A stretch of 48,646 nt of DNA from a phage. The stretch is taken from the sequence record NC_136441.1, one strand, 5' to 3'. The notes under the pieces are model-generated. The model saw only the letters and a program-made list of their open reading frames with translations. It was not told where the DNA came from and ran no database searches. The translations under genes were made by a program, and so were the position numbers. Positions 1-10,072 of the stretch are shown here, one piece after another; the first letter of the stretch is position 1; every line of letters begins with the position of its first letter.

Positions 1-13
1 GGAGGATTTTATT

Positions 14-538
14 ATGGCTAAAAAAACAGAAGCGCCAGCGGCGGAAAGTCTAAACTTTAAAAAGTTATGGAATAAGCGATATTCCGATCTGGTAGGTAGT
101 GAGATTGATAAACGCGCAACGCTAACGCCGGAACAAGTCATGAACCTGATTGTTCAGTATTTTGAGTGGGCGGAGCTAAACGCCATTAAAGCAGGTGAAA
201 CGGCATCATTTCAGGGTCGAGTGTATCAGGATACGATTCACAAGCCGCGTATTTTTACATGGGAAGGGTTAAAGCTGTTTTGCGGTTTTTCCGGCACAGC
301 ACTAGCAAAGTGGAAACTTAAACCAGGCTATGATGTTGTTATTGAGTTTGCGGAATCGGTAATCAAAGAACAAAAATACCAGTTAGCTGCAAACGGAATG
401 ATTAACAGCACCATGATCGCAAAAGAGCTTGGTATTGATAAAGGCGACACGTTCAATATTAGCGCCAACGCAAAAGAGCAAGACAATACAGAAGAAGCGA
501 TGAAAAACGCAGTCGCAAGCGTCCTAAGCAAGATTTAA
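14..538 (+). CDS. terminase small subunit
   Basis: 174-aa ORF with SD GGAGG just upstream, directly 5' of the large terminase; resembles P27-type small terminases from memory (not searched). Confidence 0.55.
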   Translation: MAKKTEAPAAESLNFKKLWNKRYSDLVGSEIDKRATLTPEQVMNLIVQYFEWAELNAIKAGETASFQGRVYQDTIHKPRIFTWEGLKLFCGFSGTALAKWKLKPGYDVVIEFAESVIKEQKYQLAANGMINSTMIAKELGIDKGDTFNISANAKEQDNTEEAMKNAVASVLSKI

Positions 539-549
539 AGGTGAATTCT

Positions 550-2121
550 ATGTTGATTTGGGAAGATTTAACAAAACTTGAAAAGCTGGCTATTAAGGAA
601 TTAAGCACACACGATTTTGATACTTTCGTTAAAATCTGGTTCCCGATCCAGCAGGGCGAAAAATGGATTCCTAACTGGCATCACCTTTATATTGCAAGGG
701 CAATTGATGAAATTATTGAAGGTGTGCGCAAAGATACCATTTTTAACGTAACACCAGGTTCAGGCAAAACCGAATTACTTTCGATCCACTTTCCGCCTTA
801 TTCATATTTGAAATTGAACAAGGTGCGAAATCTGAATATTTCGTTTGCTGATACACTGGTTAAACGTAACAGCAAGCGTGTGCGCGATCTGGTTAACTCG
901 CGAGAATGGCAAGAGCTTTACCCCGCAAAAACTGGTACAAGCAAGGATGATGAATTTCAGATCCTTAATGACGCTGGCAAAGTTCGCCTGGAAATGATTA
1001 GTAAATCAATGGGCGGTCAGATTACTGGTAGCCGTGGCGGTTACATTACGCCTGGCGTTTATTCAGGTTGCGTAACGCTTGACGATCCAGAAAAGCCAGA
1101 TGATATGTTTTCGAAGGTGAAACGTGAGCGCGGTCAAATGATCGCAAAGAACACCATTCGATCACGTCGCGCACATTCAGAAACGCCGATTATCGTTATT
1201 CAGCAGCGCCTACACGCGCAGGATATGACCTGGTTTCTGATGAATGGCGGAATGGGTATTGAATTTGACCAGATATCAATTCCGGCGATGGTTACAGAGG
1301 AATACGGGAAATCGCTTCCTGATTGGTTGCAGCCGCACTTTGAAAAGGATGTGCTTTCGTCTGAATACATCGTTATTGACGGCGTGAAGTATTATTCTTT
1401 TTGGCCTAGCAAGGAAAGCATTCATGATCTTAAAGCGCTACGCGATGCGGATTTGTACACGTTCCTTTCTCAGTATCAGCAAGAGCCAATTGCTCTTGGC
1501 GGTAACGCAATTAACGTTGGATGGTTCCAGTATTACGGAACCGGAGAAAAATCAACGATGCCAAAACCGGATCGCTTTGATTATACGTTTATTACAGCAG
1601 ATACCGCTCAGAAAGAAGGTGAGCTAAACGACTACAGCGTTTTATGTTATTGGGGCATGTTCAAAGGCCGTATATATTTTATTGACGGTGTGCGCGGAAA
1701 ATGGGAAGCGCCAATGTTAGAAACGCAGTTTAAAGCGTTTGTTAAACAGTGCTGGAACCGTAACAAAGAATGCGGAAACTTGCGTAAAATTTACGTGGAA
1801 GATAAAGCGAGCGGTACAGGTTTGATCCAGAATTGCCGCAAAGCATTTCCGATAGAAATTACGCCAGTGCAACGCGATAAAGACAAAGTAACGCGCTGCA
1901 TGGACGCACAGCCAGTGATCAAGAATGGTTATGTTGTATTGCCTGAATCGCATCACATGCTTGCTGAATTTCTGGCAGAGGCGGCGGCATTCACTTATGA
2001 TGATAGCCATCCTCATGATGATATTATGGATAACCTTTTTGATGCGGTTAATATTGAGCTTAACCTTGCTGATAATGCGGTTGATAGAATGAAGCGTTTA
2101 GCTGGATTAGCGAAGCGTTAA
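550..2121 (+). CDS. terminase large subunit
   Basis: about 523-aa ORF; P-loop-like TPGSGKTE near N-terminus, acidic nuclease-like C-terminal half; ATG 550 preferred over in-frame GTG 541 by SD AAAGGTG spacing. Confidence 0.85.
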   Translation: MLIWEDLTKLEKLAIKELSTHDFDTFVKIWFPIQQGEKWIPNWHHLYIARAIDEIIEGVRKDTIFNVTPGSGKTELLSIHFPPYSYLKLNKVRNLNISFADTLVKRNSKRVRDLVNSREWQELYPAKTGTSKDDEFQILNDAGKVRLEMISKSMGGQITGSRGGYITPGVYSGCVTLDDPEKPDDMFSKVKRERGQMIAKNTIRSRRAHSETPIIVIQQRLHAQDMTWFLMNGGMGIEFDQISIPAMVTEEYGKSLPDWLQPHFEKDVLSSEYIVIDGVKYYSFWPSKESIHDLKALRDADLYTFLSQYQQEPIALGGNAINVGWFQYYGTGEKSTMPKPDRFDYTFITADTAQKEGELNDYSVLCYWGMFKGRIYFIDGVRGKWEAPMLETQFKAFVKQCWNRNKECGNLRKIYVEDKASGTGLIQNCRKAFPIEITPVQRDKDKVTRCMDAQPVIKNGYVVLPESHHMLAEFLAEAAAFTYDDSHPHDDIMDNLFDAVNIELNLADNAVDRMKRLAGLAKR

Positions 2122-2136
2122 TGTGTAAAATCAAAT

Positions 2137-2159
2137 GCTGGAATATTCCGGCCTTTTTT
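2137..2159 (+). terminator. possible weak rho-independent terminator between terminase and portal genes
   Basis: short near-palindrome CTGGAATATTCCGG followed by CCTTTTTTA. Confidence 0.3.
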
Positions 2160-2174
2160 ATTATGGGGGTATTT

Positions 2175-3470
2175 ATGAGCGACAAGGTAAAGGCCATTAC
2201 TAAAGAAGATGGTTACAACGAAATTTTCGGATCTAAAGATGGAACGTTTAGGCCAAATGCTTTTTACATGCAAAGTGCGGCATTTAAAACGTTATCGCAA
2301 TTTTATGAAGAAGATGGAATGGCGCGGCGCATTGTCGATGTTATTCCAGAAGAAATGGTAACGCCTGGTTTTAAAGTTGACGGCGTGAAAAATGAAAAGT
2401 CTTTTAAATCGCGTTGGGATGAATTGCGATTAAACGCTAAAATTATTGATGCGCTTTCATGGTCGCGTTTATTTGGCGGTTCTGCAATTCTTGCTGTTGT
2501 TGCTGATAACAGAATGCTGAAATCACCTGTAAAGCCTGGTGCACAACTTGAAGATATTCGCGTATATGATCGCTATCAGATCACCATTCAGGAACGTGAA
2601 ACTAATGCGCGGAGTGTTCGTTACGGTGAGCCAAAACTTTATAAGATCTCACCTGGCGGAGATATACCGGAATTCTTTGTTCATTACTCGCGTATTTGCA
2701 TCATTGATGGTGAGCGCGTATCGAATGAAAAACGCAGTCAAAATGATGGTTGGGGCGCAAGCATTTTAAACAAGCGTTTGATTGAGGCGATTATTGATTA
2801 TAACTATTGCCATGAATTAGCAACGCAATTGCTACGCAGAAAACAACAAGCAGTATGGAAAGCGCGTGATCTGGCTTTGATGTGCGACGATGAAGAAGGG
2901 CGCTATGCGGCGCGTTTGCGTTTGGCTCAGGTTGATGACGAAAGCGGAGTTGGTAAGGCAATTGGTATTGATGCCACCGATGAAGAATATGAGGTTCTCA
3001 ATTCTGACGTTTCCGGCGTTCCAGAGTTCTTACAGGAAAAGATTGATCGAATTGTTGCACTAACTGGCATTCATGAAATCATCCTCAAAAATAAGAACAC
3101 TGGCGGCGTTTCAGCGAGTCAAAACACGGCGCTAGAGACTTTCTATAAGTTAATTGATCGCAAGCGCGGAGAGGATTACAAGCCGATTCTTGAATTCCTT
3201 TTGCCGTTCATGATCTCAGAAGCGGAATGGTCGATTGAATTCGAGCCTTTAAGCGTTCCGAGTGATAAGGATAAAGCTGAAATCATGGCTAAAAACGTTG
3301 AGTCAATCGTTAAGCTGAAAGCAGAGCAAGCGATCGATCTCAAAGAAACGCGAGAGACTTTGCGATCAATCTGCCCTGACATTAAAATTAGTGATGGTGA
3401 CAACATTGAACTACCAGATCCAGAAGAACAGGAACCGGAGCCAGGAACGGAGGAATTAAACAATGAATGA
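2175..3470 (+). CDS. portal protein
   Basis: about 431 aa, position after terminase; ORF opens at 2121 but ATG 2175 has SD GGGGG 5 nt upstream; assignment by synteny and size. Confidence 0.65.
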   Translation: MSDKVKAITKEDGYNEIFGSKDGTFRPNAFYMQSAAFKTLSQFYEEDGMARRIVDVIPEEMVTPGFKVDGVKNEKSFKSRWDELRLNAKIIDALSWSRLFGGSAILAVVADNRMLKSPVKPGAQLEDIRVYDRYQITIQERETNARSVRYGEPKLYKISPGGDIPEFFVHYSRICIIDGERVSNEKRSQNDGWGASILNKRLIEAIIDYNYCHELATQLLRRKQQAVWKARDLALMCDDEEGRYAARLRLAQVDDESGVGKAIGIDATDEEYEVLNSDVSGVPEFLQEKIDRIVALTGIHEIILKNKNTGGVSASQNTALETFYKLIDRKRGEDYKPILEFLLPFMISEAEWSIEFEPLSVPSDKDKAEIMAKNVESIVKLKAEQAIDLKETRETLRSICPDIKISDGDNIELPDPEEQEPEPGTEELNNE

Positions 3471-4203
3471 TGTCTCATGGAGATTTCCAGAGGCAACGAG
3501 GCGCGACGTTGATCGCGCCTTACAATTGCTTGTGAGGGATCTTGTTGTAAGAATGCGCCGTAACACAAAGCGCCTTAAATTTGATGATCAGGTTAGTGAA
3601 GCGGCGGCAGATAATGAATCATACGCAGAGGAATTAATTTCCGCATTCATTGCGCTACTGCCAACTTTCGCGCTATCCATCTATAAATTCAACTCAAAGG
3701 AATTTATCAGGATCGCAAATAAGACTGGAGGCAAGAATAATTTAGCCGTCCTGTTGCTGATTGGTCGAGGTGCTAACGCTGGTGAATCGTGGTACGCGCC
3801 TAAATATCATGTATGGCGGCAAATGGTGCGCGACTCTATCAGAAAGATTGTTGACAATATTCTTGACGATTGGGAGATGCAAGTAAGGTTAGCCGAATTG
3901 CACGAAGCGGATCAGAAAAGACTAAATGCAATTATCGAAAGGCGATTTAAGGTCTATAAAAATTGGGCGTCCCGTCGCACTTCTGGTATAGTTGGCGCTT
4001 GGAATAGCGTGTTAATGTATCAGCGTTGCGTTGATGCTGGCGTTACCCATTATATTTGGCGCGGTCAGTTAGATGATCGCGAGCGTGAAAAACATTTGAT
4101 GTGGGAAAAGAAACGGATCGCCTTAACATCCAATCATGTTTTTCCTGGTGAGGAATTTAATTGTCGTTGTTGGGCGCAGCCGGATTGGGAGACAGCAAAA
4201 TGA
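3463..4203 (+). CDS. head morphogenesis protein (Mu F / SPP1 gp7-like minor capsid protein)
   Basis: 246 aa; C-terminal NCRC motif (EEFNCRCWAQP) typical of Mu F-like proteins; SD GGAGGA; overlaps portal stop. Confidence 0.6.
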   Translation: MNDVSWRFPEATRRDVDRALQLLVRDLVVRMRRNTKRLKFDDQVSEAAADNESYAEELISAFIALLPTFALSIYKFNSKEFIRIANKTGGKNNLAVLLLIGRGANAGESWYAPKYHVWRQMVRDSIRKIVDNILDDWEMQVRLAELHEADQKRLNAIIERRFKVYKNWASRRTSGIVGAWNSVLMYQRCVDAGVTHYIWRGQLDDREREKHLMWEKKRIALTSNHVFPGEEFNCRCWAQPDWETAK

Positions 4204-5309
4204 AAAAAGTGCAACGTTTTGACAGCGTGAGAGTAAAAGCGCATTTTGATGAACATGGTTTTTTAGTTGATCGTCCTATTGTGGCGCGAATTGGTTTGCA
4301 GATTTACCAAACGCCATTTGGAGAGCGTAGAGAATTCAGGCCAGCAAGTGAAGTATTCAAGGCTGATTCACTGGCAACTTACGCAGGAAAACCAATCACA
4401 GTAGGTCACGTAACTGTAACGCCGGAAAATGCGCGTAATGTCGTTGTTGGTACTTGTTCAGGCGCTGGAATCCCGAACGGGATCGGAGTTGAAGCGCCTT
4501 TGAATATTTACGCAAAGGATGCAATTGAAAGCGCGAAGAAAAAACAAACGGCTGAAATCAGCGTTGGCTATACTTCAATTGATATTGATAAGCCAGGCTG
4601 GGGGTCTAATGAAACGGGCGAATACATCTTTGAAGAAGATCTAAAAGATGGTGAGAAGCCGCCGAAAGATTGGGTTAAGTTTGATGCGCTACAAACAAAC
4701 ATTAGCGTAAACCATATTGCGCTTGTTTTTAAAGGTCGTGCCGGAATTGCAAAATTGAATCTTGATAGCGAACAGGAATTCCCGTATGATACTGACGTTA
4801 AATTAAATAAAGAGGACGAAGTTATGACCGTTAAAATTAAACTTGATGGTGCTGTTGAGTTTGACGTGCCAAAAGAAGTTGCTACCTTTATCGAAACCGT
4901 AAAGGCAGATGCTGAAAAAGCCAAAACCAAAGCCGACAGCCTGGAGGCAGAGCGTGACGCGCTACAGGCTAAAGTTGACGCCATTCCTGCGCAGATTGAA
5001 GAAGCTGTGAAAAAAGCAAAAGCTGACGCTGATGAACATGCCGCGCTGGTCGCTACCGCTTCCGAAGTTGGCGTAAAATGCGACGGCCTAACCGCCAAAG
5101 AAATTAAGATCGCATATGTGAAAGAGGTCATGGGTAATGACATTAGCGCAAAGGCTGATGCATATATTGATACCGCTTTTGATATTGCGAAAGAATCTGA
5201 TAAAATGGCGGCTCAACGTATCGCATTAAAAGGCGATGCAGCAAGAAACGAACAGGATGCAGCGGAAACCGTTCTTGATCCTTCCGCACGCCTGAATAAA
5301 GCTAAGTAA
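4200..5309 (+). CDS. putative capsid scaffolding / prohead maturation protein
   Basis: 369 aa between head morphogenesis and capsid genes; Ala/Lys/Glu-rich predicted coiled coil in C-terminal third; ATGA overlap with upstream gene. Confidence 0.35.
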   Translation: MKKVQRFDSVRVKAHFDEHGFLVDRPIVARIGLQIYQTPFGERREFRPASEVFKADSLATYAGKPITVGHVTVTPENARNVVVGTCSGAGIPNGIGVEAPLNIYAKDAIESAKKKQTAEISVGYTSIDIDKPGWGSNETGEYIFEEDLKDGEKPPKDWVKFDALQTNISVNHIALVFKGRAGIAKLNLDSEQEFPYDTDVKLNKEDEVMTVKIKLDGAVEFDVPKEVATFIETVKADAEKAKTKADSLEAERDALQAKVDAIPAQIEEAVKKAKADADEHAALVATASEVGVKCDGLTAKEIKIAYVKEVMGNDISAKADAYIDTAFDIAKESDKMAAQRIALKGDAARNEQDAAETVLDPSARLNKAK

Positions 5310-5321
5310 GGAGAAAATATT

Positions 5322-5801
5322 ATGGCTCAGATTTCAGCAAGTTATCATGTTGCAATGGCTCGCGCCTTGCCTGGTCAAGTTTCTGACACTTCCGCGTATA
5401 ACATCGACGGCGCTTGTGTTCTTGATGGTGATTCCGGATCAACAATTTATGTTGGCGTTGGTGTTCAACATGGCGGAGTTAGCGCAAGCGGTGAGAAATT
5501 AATTAAGGCTATGGCGGCGTCTGGTAATGCTTATGGTGTTGCTATTCGATCCAACTTCCAGACCACATCTAAAGATGGTCGCATGGTTTATGAGGCTGGT
5601 AGCGGAATTAACGTAATGACTAAAGGGCGCGTTTGGATGTTATCTGTAGAGTCGAAAGCGCCAGCATTCAAAACAGCTATCAAACTTGATAATTCAGGAC
5701 GGGTTGATTTAACGTCTGGATTAATTGAAACCACTTGGATCGCAACTGGAGACTTTACGGAATTCCAAGGTCTAAAACTCGTTGAGGTTCAACTGGTATA
5801 A
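5322..5801 (+). CDS. hypothetical structural protein (paralog 1)
   Basis: 159 aa, SD AAGGAG; shares motifs with the next ORF (YNIDG..., KGRVWM/HGRIWV, C-terminal LxxVQL). Confidence 0.5.
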   Translation: MAQISASYHVAMARALPGQVSDTSAYNIDGACVLDGDSGSTIYVGVGVQHGGVSASGEKLIKAMAASGNAYGVAIRSNFQTTSKDGRMVYEAGSGINVMTKGRVWMLSVESKAPAFKTAIKLDNSGRVDLTSGLIETTWIATGDFTEFQGLKLVEVQLV

Positions 5802-5807
5802 TAATAA

Positions 5808-5830
5808 GGCCGGATTATTCCGGCCTTTTA
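5808..5830 (+). terminator. rho-independent terminator
   Basis: GGCCGGA-TTAT-TCCGGCC stem-loop followed by TTTTA. Confidence 0.7.
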
Positions 5831-5844
5831 TATATGGTGGTTTT

Positions 5845-6285
5845 ATGTCTGATTACGGTTCTATAATAGGTATAGTTGAAAATGGGTGCTTGGTAGATTC
5901 AAGCCTTTATAATATAGATGGCTCGCCAGTTATGGATGTTTCAGCCGTGATAGGTAAGGCCGTATGTGTTGATCGCATATCTTGCGGTTACAAAATAATC
6001 AGCCACAATTTTAATGAAAACTCAAAGCATTACGGAATCGTTACGCGTGATTATATGGATTTTTGCAAAGAATATTACGACGCCGGAGATCCGGTTAACG
6101 TAATAACTCATGGTCGAATTTGGGTAATCACTCAGGACGAACAGGATATTCCATCGTATAAAGATCCTGTTTTTGTTAAAGACAATGGCTCTATATCAAC
6201 AAGTGGATTTCCTACTAGTTGGTTTTTTACTGGCGAATACGTAAGATATTCACACGGATATATTTTACTATCAGTTCAGTTGTAG
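5845..6285 (+). CDS. hypothetical structural protein (paralog 2)
   Basis: 146 aa from ATG 5845 (SD GGTGG); paralogous to 5322..5801. Confidence 0.5.
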   Translation: MSDYGSIIGIVENGCLVDSSLYNIDGSPVMDVSAVIGKAVCVDRISCGYKIISHNFNENSKHYGIVTRDYMDFCKEYYDAGDPVNVITHGRIWVITQDEQDIPSYKDPVFVKDNGSISTSGFPTSWFFTGEYVRYSHGYILLSVQL

Positions 6286-6305
6286 CGTGCTAACACAAAA
6301 AACAC

Positions 6306-6333
6306 TTGAACGTTTAACAAAAAATGCTATATT
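6306..6333 (+). promoter_or_regulatory. sigma70-like promoter upstream of major capsid gene
   Basis: TTGAAC-N16-TATATT. Confidence 0.4.
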
Positions 6334-6374
6334 AAAGCCGTTATTATGACTACTTTTCTATGAGGGAAAATATT

Positions 6375-7349
6375 ATGTCTAAAGAAATGAAATATGATGA
6401 ATTTGAAGCAAACGTGATCGCAAACCATATGCAGTTACGCGGAGCTAAAAACGACGCATCTGATATGGGTATTTGGACGGCTCAAGAGCTTCATAAAATT
6501 AAGGCTCAAGCCTATGAGAAAGAATATCCGGCAGGTTCCGCGCTGCGTGTATTCCCTGTAACGTCCGAACTTTCTGATACAGATAAAACCTTTGAATATC
6601 AGACTTTCGACAAAGTAGGACACGCAAAAATCATCGCTGATTACACTGATGATCTGCCAACTGTTGACGCGCTGATGACTTCTGAATTCGGTAAAGTGTT
6701 CCGCCTTGGTAATGCGTTCCTGATTTCCATTGACGAAATCAAAGCAGGTCAACGCACTGGCAAGAGCCTTTCCACTCGCAAGGCCAACGCCGCACAGAAT
6801 GCGCATGATCAGCTTGTAAATCACCTGGTTTTCAAAGGTTCTAAACCGCATAAAATTATCAGCGTGTTTGATCATCCAAACCTGACAACTATCAACTCCG
6901 CAGGTTGGAACAACGCCGCAGGTACTGGTAAAAAGCCGGAAACCGCACAGGATGAATTAGAGCAAGCGATTGAAAAAATCGAAACGCTGACAAACGGGCA
7001 GCACCGAGCTAATATGATCCTGATTCCGCCGTCAATGCGTAAAGTTCTGATGGTTCGTATGCCGGAAACCACCATGAGCTATCTTGATTATTTCAAGCAG
7101 CAGAATGGCGGTATCACTATCGAATCCATTTCAGAGCTTGAGGATATCGACGGTGCAGGCACTAAAGCGGCGCTGGTTTACGAAAAAGATCCGATGAACA
7201 TGAGCATTGAGATTCCAGAAGCGTTTAACATGCTTACCGCGCAACCTAAAGACCTGCATTTCAAAGTGCCTTGCACCTCTAAATGTACTGGCCTGACGAT
7301 TTACCGTCCGTTGACGCTTGTTCTGATTAAAGGTCTTGTAGTAGGCTGA
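6375..7349 (+). CDS. major capsid protein
   Basis: about 324 aa ORF (ATG 6375 with SD GAGGG) flanked by promoter and strong terminator; position and size fit major capsid protein. Confidence 0.65.
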   Translation: MSKEMKYDEFEANVIANHMQLRGAKNDASDMGIWTAQELHKIKAQAYEKEYPAGSALRVFPVTSELSDTDKTFEYQTFDKVGHAKIIADYTDDLPTVDALMTSEFGKVFRLGNAFLISIDEIKAGQRTGKSLSTRKANAAQNAHDQLVNHLVFKGSKPHKIISVFDHPNLTTINSAGWNNAAGTGKKPETAQDELEQAIEKIETLTNGQHRANMILIPPSMRKVLMVRMPETTMSYLDYFKQQNGGITIESISELEDIDGAGTKAALVYEKDPMNMSIEIPEAFNMLTAQPKDLHFKVPCTSKCTGLTIYRPLTLVLIKGLVVG

Positions 7350-7365
7350 TAATTCAATTAATATA

Positions 7366-7392
7366 GGGAACCGTTAAAGGTTCCCTTTTTTA
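7366..7392 (+). terminator. rho-independent terminator
   Basis: GGGAACC-GTTAAA-GGTTCCC followed by TTTTTT. Confidence 0.8.
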
Positions 7393-7409
7393 TATCTGGA
7401 GAAAAGCAA

Positions 7410-7682
7410 ATGGCTAAAGAAAAAGAAATTACACTGGTAAACACTGGCGTTGCACTGATTATTATTGATCGCGTTGACGTTATGCCTGGTAAAGAAATTA
7501 CCGTTTCGGAAAGCGTATTAGAGCGGCAGGGTACAAAATCACTGGTTGCCCATGGCAAGCTAACCGTAAAAGATAACAGCGAGCTAAACGATAAGATCAT
7601 TGAAGCGTTCAACGAAAAACGCAAGCCAAACCCAACCGAAGGCAAAAGCAAGGCACAGCTTGAGGAAGGCGGCGAGTATTAA
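7410..7682 (+). CDS. hypothetical small protein (possible capsid accessory/decoration)
   Basis: 90 aa, SD GGAGA, bracketed by two strong terminators. Confidence 0.45.
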   Translation: MAKEKEITLVNTGVALIIIDRVDVMPGKEITVSESVLERQGTKSLVAHGKLTVKDNSELNDKIIEAFNEKRKPNPTEGKSKAQLEEGGEY

Positions 7683-7686
7683 TTAG

Positions 7687-7713
7687 AAAGGGCGCTCATG
7701 TAGCGCCTTTTTT
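7687..7713 (+). terminator. rho-independent terminator
   Basis: GGGCGCT-CATGT-AGCGCCT stem-loop followed by TTTTTT. Confidence 0.8.
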
Positions 7714-7730
7714 ATTATGGAGAATACACC

Positions 7731-8135
7731 ATGAATGATATTGAGATCCTAGAGCAAATTTATAAAATCGCGCCAGCATTCAAGAAAGTTGATCCTGAAT
7801 TGATTCAGGCATGGATTGAACTGGCTAAAGATTTCGTTTGCGAAAAGCATTTCAAAGACAAATATTTCCGCGCTGTTGCTCTTTACACTTTGCACCTGAT
7901 GACTCTTGACGGAGCTATGAAACAGGAAAGTGAGAGCGTAGAAAGCTACTCGCATCGTATAGCATCATTTTCCCTGACTGGTGAGTTTTCGCAAACGTTC
8001 AGCAAAGTTAGCGACGACACAAGCGGTAACACGTTGCGCCAAACTCCGTGGGGTAAAATGTACGAAGTTCTCAACAAGAAAAAAGGCGGCGGATTTGGCC
8101 TTACAACTGCATTTCATCGGAGGTGCTCACGATGA
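7731..8135 (+). CDS. hypothetical head-tail connector module protein
   Basis: 134 aa, SD GGAGA; function from position only. Confidence 0.35.
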   Translation: MNDIEILEQIYKIAPAFKKVDPELIQAWIELAKDFVCEKHFKDKYFRAVALYTLHLMTLDGAMKQESESVESYSHRIASFSLTGEFSQTFSKVSDDTSGNTLRQTPWGKMYEVLNKKKGGGFGLTTAFHRRCSR

Positions 8136-8503
8136 ATTATGAACAAATCAGATCTATGGCATCGGCTGGAATTAATTTTTTTAGCGATGGAACGGGTGAA
8201 TTTGATTGCATTACTCAACCTGGAAGCGTTGAAATTGTTGGCGGTATTGAGGTTGAAAAACCTGAAATAAAGGTGAAGATTAAAGGTCTTGTTAGAGCAC
8301 CACGGACGCGAGAAGTTGACGGAGAGACAATTAGAGTTACCGACAAGTTAGGCGTTTTTAATGCTGATATAGAGCTTAAAAACGGATATCAGATTGATAT
8401 CGACGGCGAGCGTTATGTTATGGTTGAAACAAGACCAATCAGACCAACTAGCATTACCGTTGCTTACCGTCCAATAATGCGGAGGGTTGCGGTTCATGGC
8501 TGA
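8132..8503 (+). CDS. hypothetical head-tail module protein
   Basis: 123 aa from ATG 8132 (SD GGAGGTG), translationally coupled. Confidence 0.4.
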   Translation: MNYEQIRSMASAGINFFSDGTGEFDCITQPGSVEIVGGIEVEKPEIKVKIKGLVRAPRTREVDGETIRVTDKLGVFNADIELKNGYQIDIDGERYVMVETRPIRPTSITVAYRPIMRRVAVHG

Positions 8504-8936
8504 TTATTCGATCCGAGAATTTCATGGCAATGTTGATAAATGGATCGAGCAAGTAGAAAGCGGATTGAATGACGTGATTCAGATTTTTGGTGAAAAGGTT
8601 CACGGCGCATTAGTTGATATTGCGCCAGTGGACACAGGACGATTCAAAGCCAATATGCAGATCACAGCAAACAAGCCGCCTCTTTACGCGCTCAATCAAT
8701 ATGATCCTGATGGTGAGAAAACAAAGGCGGAAGGTCGCAGGACGCTTTATGCTTTATTGCATGGCGGCGGCGCTATTAAATCAATATACTTTTCCAATAT
8801 GCTGATTTACGCTAATGCTCTTGAATATGGTCATTCAAAGCAAGCGCCAGCGGGGGTATTTGGTATCGTTGCGATCCGGTTGCGCTCTTACATGGCGGAA
8901 GCGATAAGGGAGGCGAGAAAGAAAAATGCACTATGA
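8496..8936 (+). CDS. putative neck/head-tail joining protein (HK97 gp10-like)
   Basis: 146 aa from ATG 8496 (SD GGAGGG); family from position and weak motif memory. Confidence 0.35.
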   Translation: MADYSIREFHGNVDKWIEQVESGLNDVIQIFGEKVHGALVDIAPVDTGRFKANMQITANKPPLYALNQYDPDGEKTKAEGRRTLYALLHGGGAIKSIYFSNMLIYANALEYGHSKQAPAGVFGIVAIRLRSYMAEAIREARKKNAL

Positions 8937-9318
8937 ATTATCTGTTGCGGCAAGAATGGCGCTGGCTCAAGAATACGAAAGCGAATATATGATCGCTTAT
9001 GAAAACGTTGAATTTACGCCACCAAAAGGCGGCGGAATTTGGCTGAAATATGACTACAAAGAAGCAGATACAATAATTCATGATCTGAAAAGGAAATGCA
9101 TTAGCTATATTGGAATGGTTCAGATCGGAATTGAATTCCCGCCAGGATCAGGAATTGACAAGGCTCGCAAGCTGGCAAAAAATATTGCTGATTTCTTTGA
9201 AGATGGTAAAATGCTTTCGAATGGCTATATTTCAGAAGGTGCAAAAGTGCATCAAGTTCAGAAATCAGAATCAGGCTGGTTTTATCCAGTACGTTTTTAT
9301 GTTCGTTATGATGGTTAA
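8926..9318 (+). CDS. hypothetical tail completion protein
   Basis: 130 aa directly upstream of major tail protein. Confidence 0.3.
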   Translation: MHYELSVAARMALAQEYESEYMIAYENVEFTPPKGGGIWLKYDYKEADTIIHDLKRKCISYIGMVQIGIEFPPGSGIDKARKLAKNIADFFEDGKMLSNGYISEGAKVHQVQKSESGWFYPVRFYVRYDG

Positions 9319-9332
9319 TAAAGGGGGCTATT

Positions 9333-9995
9333 ATGCACTTACCTAACGGAGCACAGATTTTTATTGAGAATACTCGCGCACAGGCAGTAAGCGCAACCAA
9401 CGTTAGCAACGCTGAAAAACCGGAGTTCACTGTTGCAAGTGGCGGAACTGACTTTAAAAAGGGTGATTACATTATCGTTACCGCCTCAAGTTGGGGTAAA
9501 TTGCTTGATCGCGTTCTGCGTGTGACGGCGGCTGAAGAAACTAAGGTTACTGTTGAAGGTATCGACACAACCGATACTAACGTTTTCCCGGTTGGCGCTG
9601 TAACTGCGAGCTTTGCGAAAATCAACGGTTGGACAGAGATCCCATGCGTACAGGACTTGGGGCAGGACGGAGGCGAGCAACAGTATTACAATTACCAGTG
9701 CTTGAGCGATGACCAGGAGCAGCAGTTACCAACCTATAAAAGCGCGGTATCACTGACTTACACATTTGCGCATGAATACGATAACCCGATTTATCCGCTA
9801 TTGCGTAAGGCTGACGAATCCGGCGACGTTAAAGCATTGCGCATGTATGTACCAAAAGCGAAAGAAATGCGCCTTTGGGCTGGTGTGCTTTCTTTCAACG
9901 AGATCCCACAAACGGCGGTAAACGAAATGGAAACCGTTTCTTTGTCGGTATCCCTGAAAGGTCGCTTTACTTTCCTCCCTGCTAACCAGGATTAA
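9333..9995 (+). CDS. major tail protein
   Basis: 220 aa, SD AAGGGGG, followed by a strong terminator and then the G/G-T chaperone genes. Confidence 0.55.
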   Translation: MHLPNGAQIFIENTRAQAVSATNVSNAEKPEFTVASGGTDFKKGDYIIVTASSWGKLLDRVLRVTAAEETKVTVEGIDTTDTNVFPVGAVTASFAKINGWTEIPCVQDLGQDGGEQQYYNYQCLSDDQEQQLPTYKSAVSLTYTFAHEYDNPIYPLLRKADESGDVKALRMYVPKAKEMRLWAGVLSFNEIPQTAVNEMETVSLSVSLKGRFTFLPANQD

Positions 9996-10000
9996 TATTA

Positions 10001-10025
10001 AGGGGCGCATTGCGTCCCTTTTTTA
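10001..10025 (+). terminator. rho-independent terminator
   Basis: AGGGGCGC-ATT-GCGTCCCT followed by TTTTTATTT. Confidence 0.8.
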
Positions 10026-10072
10026 TTTGATGTAATATCACCTCAATATTTAACCACTCAGGAGAAATGACA

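Noticed and set aside
4568-5143. 191-aa antisense ORF from the track inside the scaffold-like gene
   Set aside because: Fully nested antisense within a well-supported + strand gene in the late operon, Ser/Thr/Ala-rich low-complexity translation, no SD. The same reasoning applies to other nested track ORFs (328..531, 1424..1627, 1717..2016, 2539..2769, 3176..3568, 6435..6875, 7358..7651, 9101..9430, 12081..12284, 13284..13598, 14559..14865, 17459..17869, 23490..23798, 31776..32259, 35121..35447, 43202..43570 and similar).
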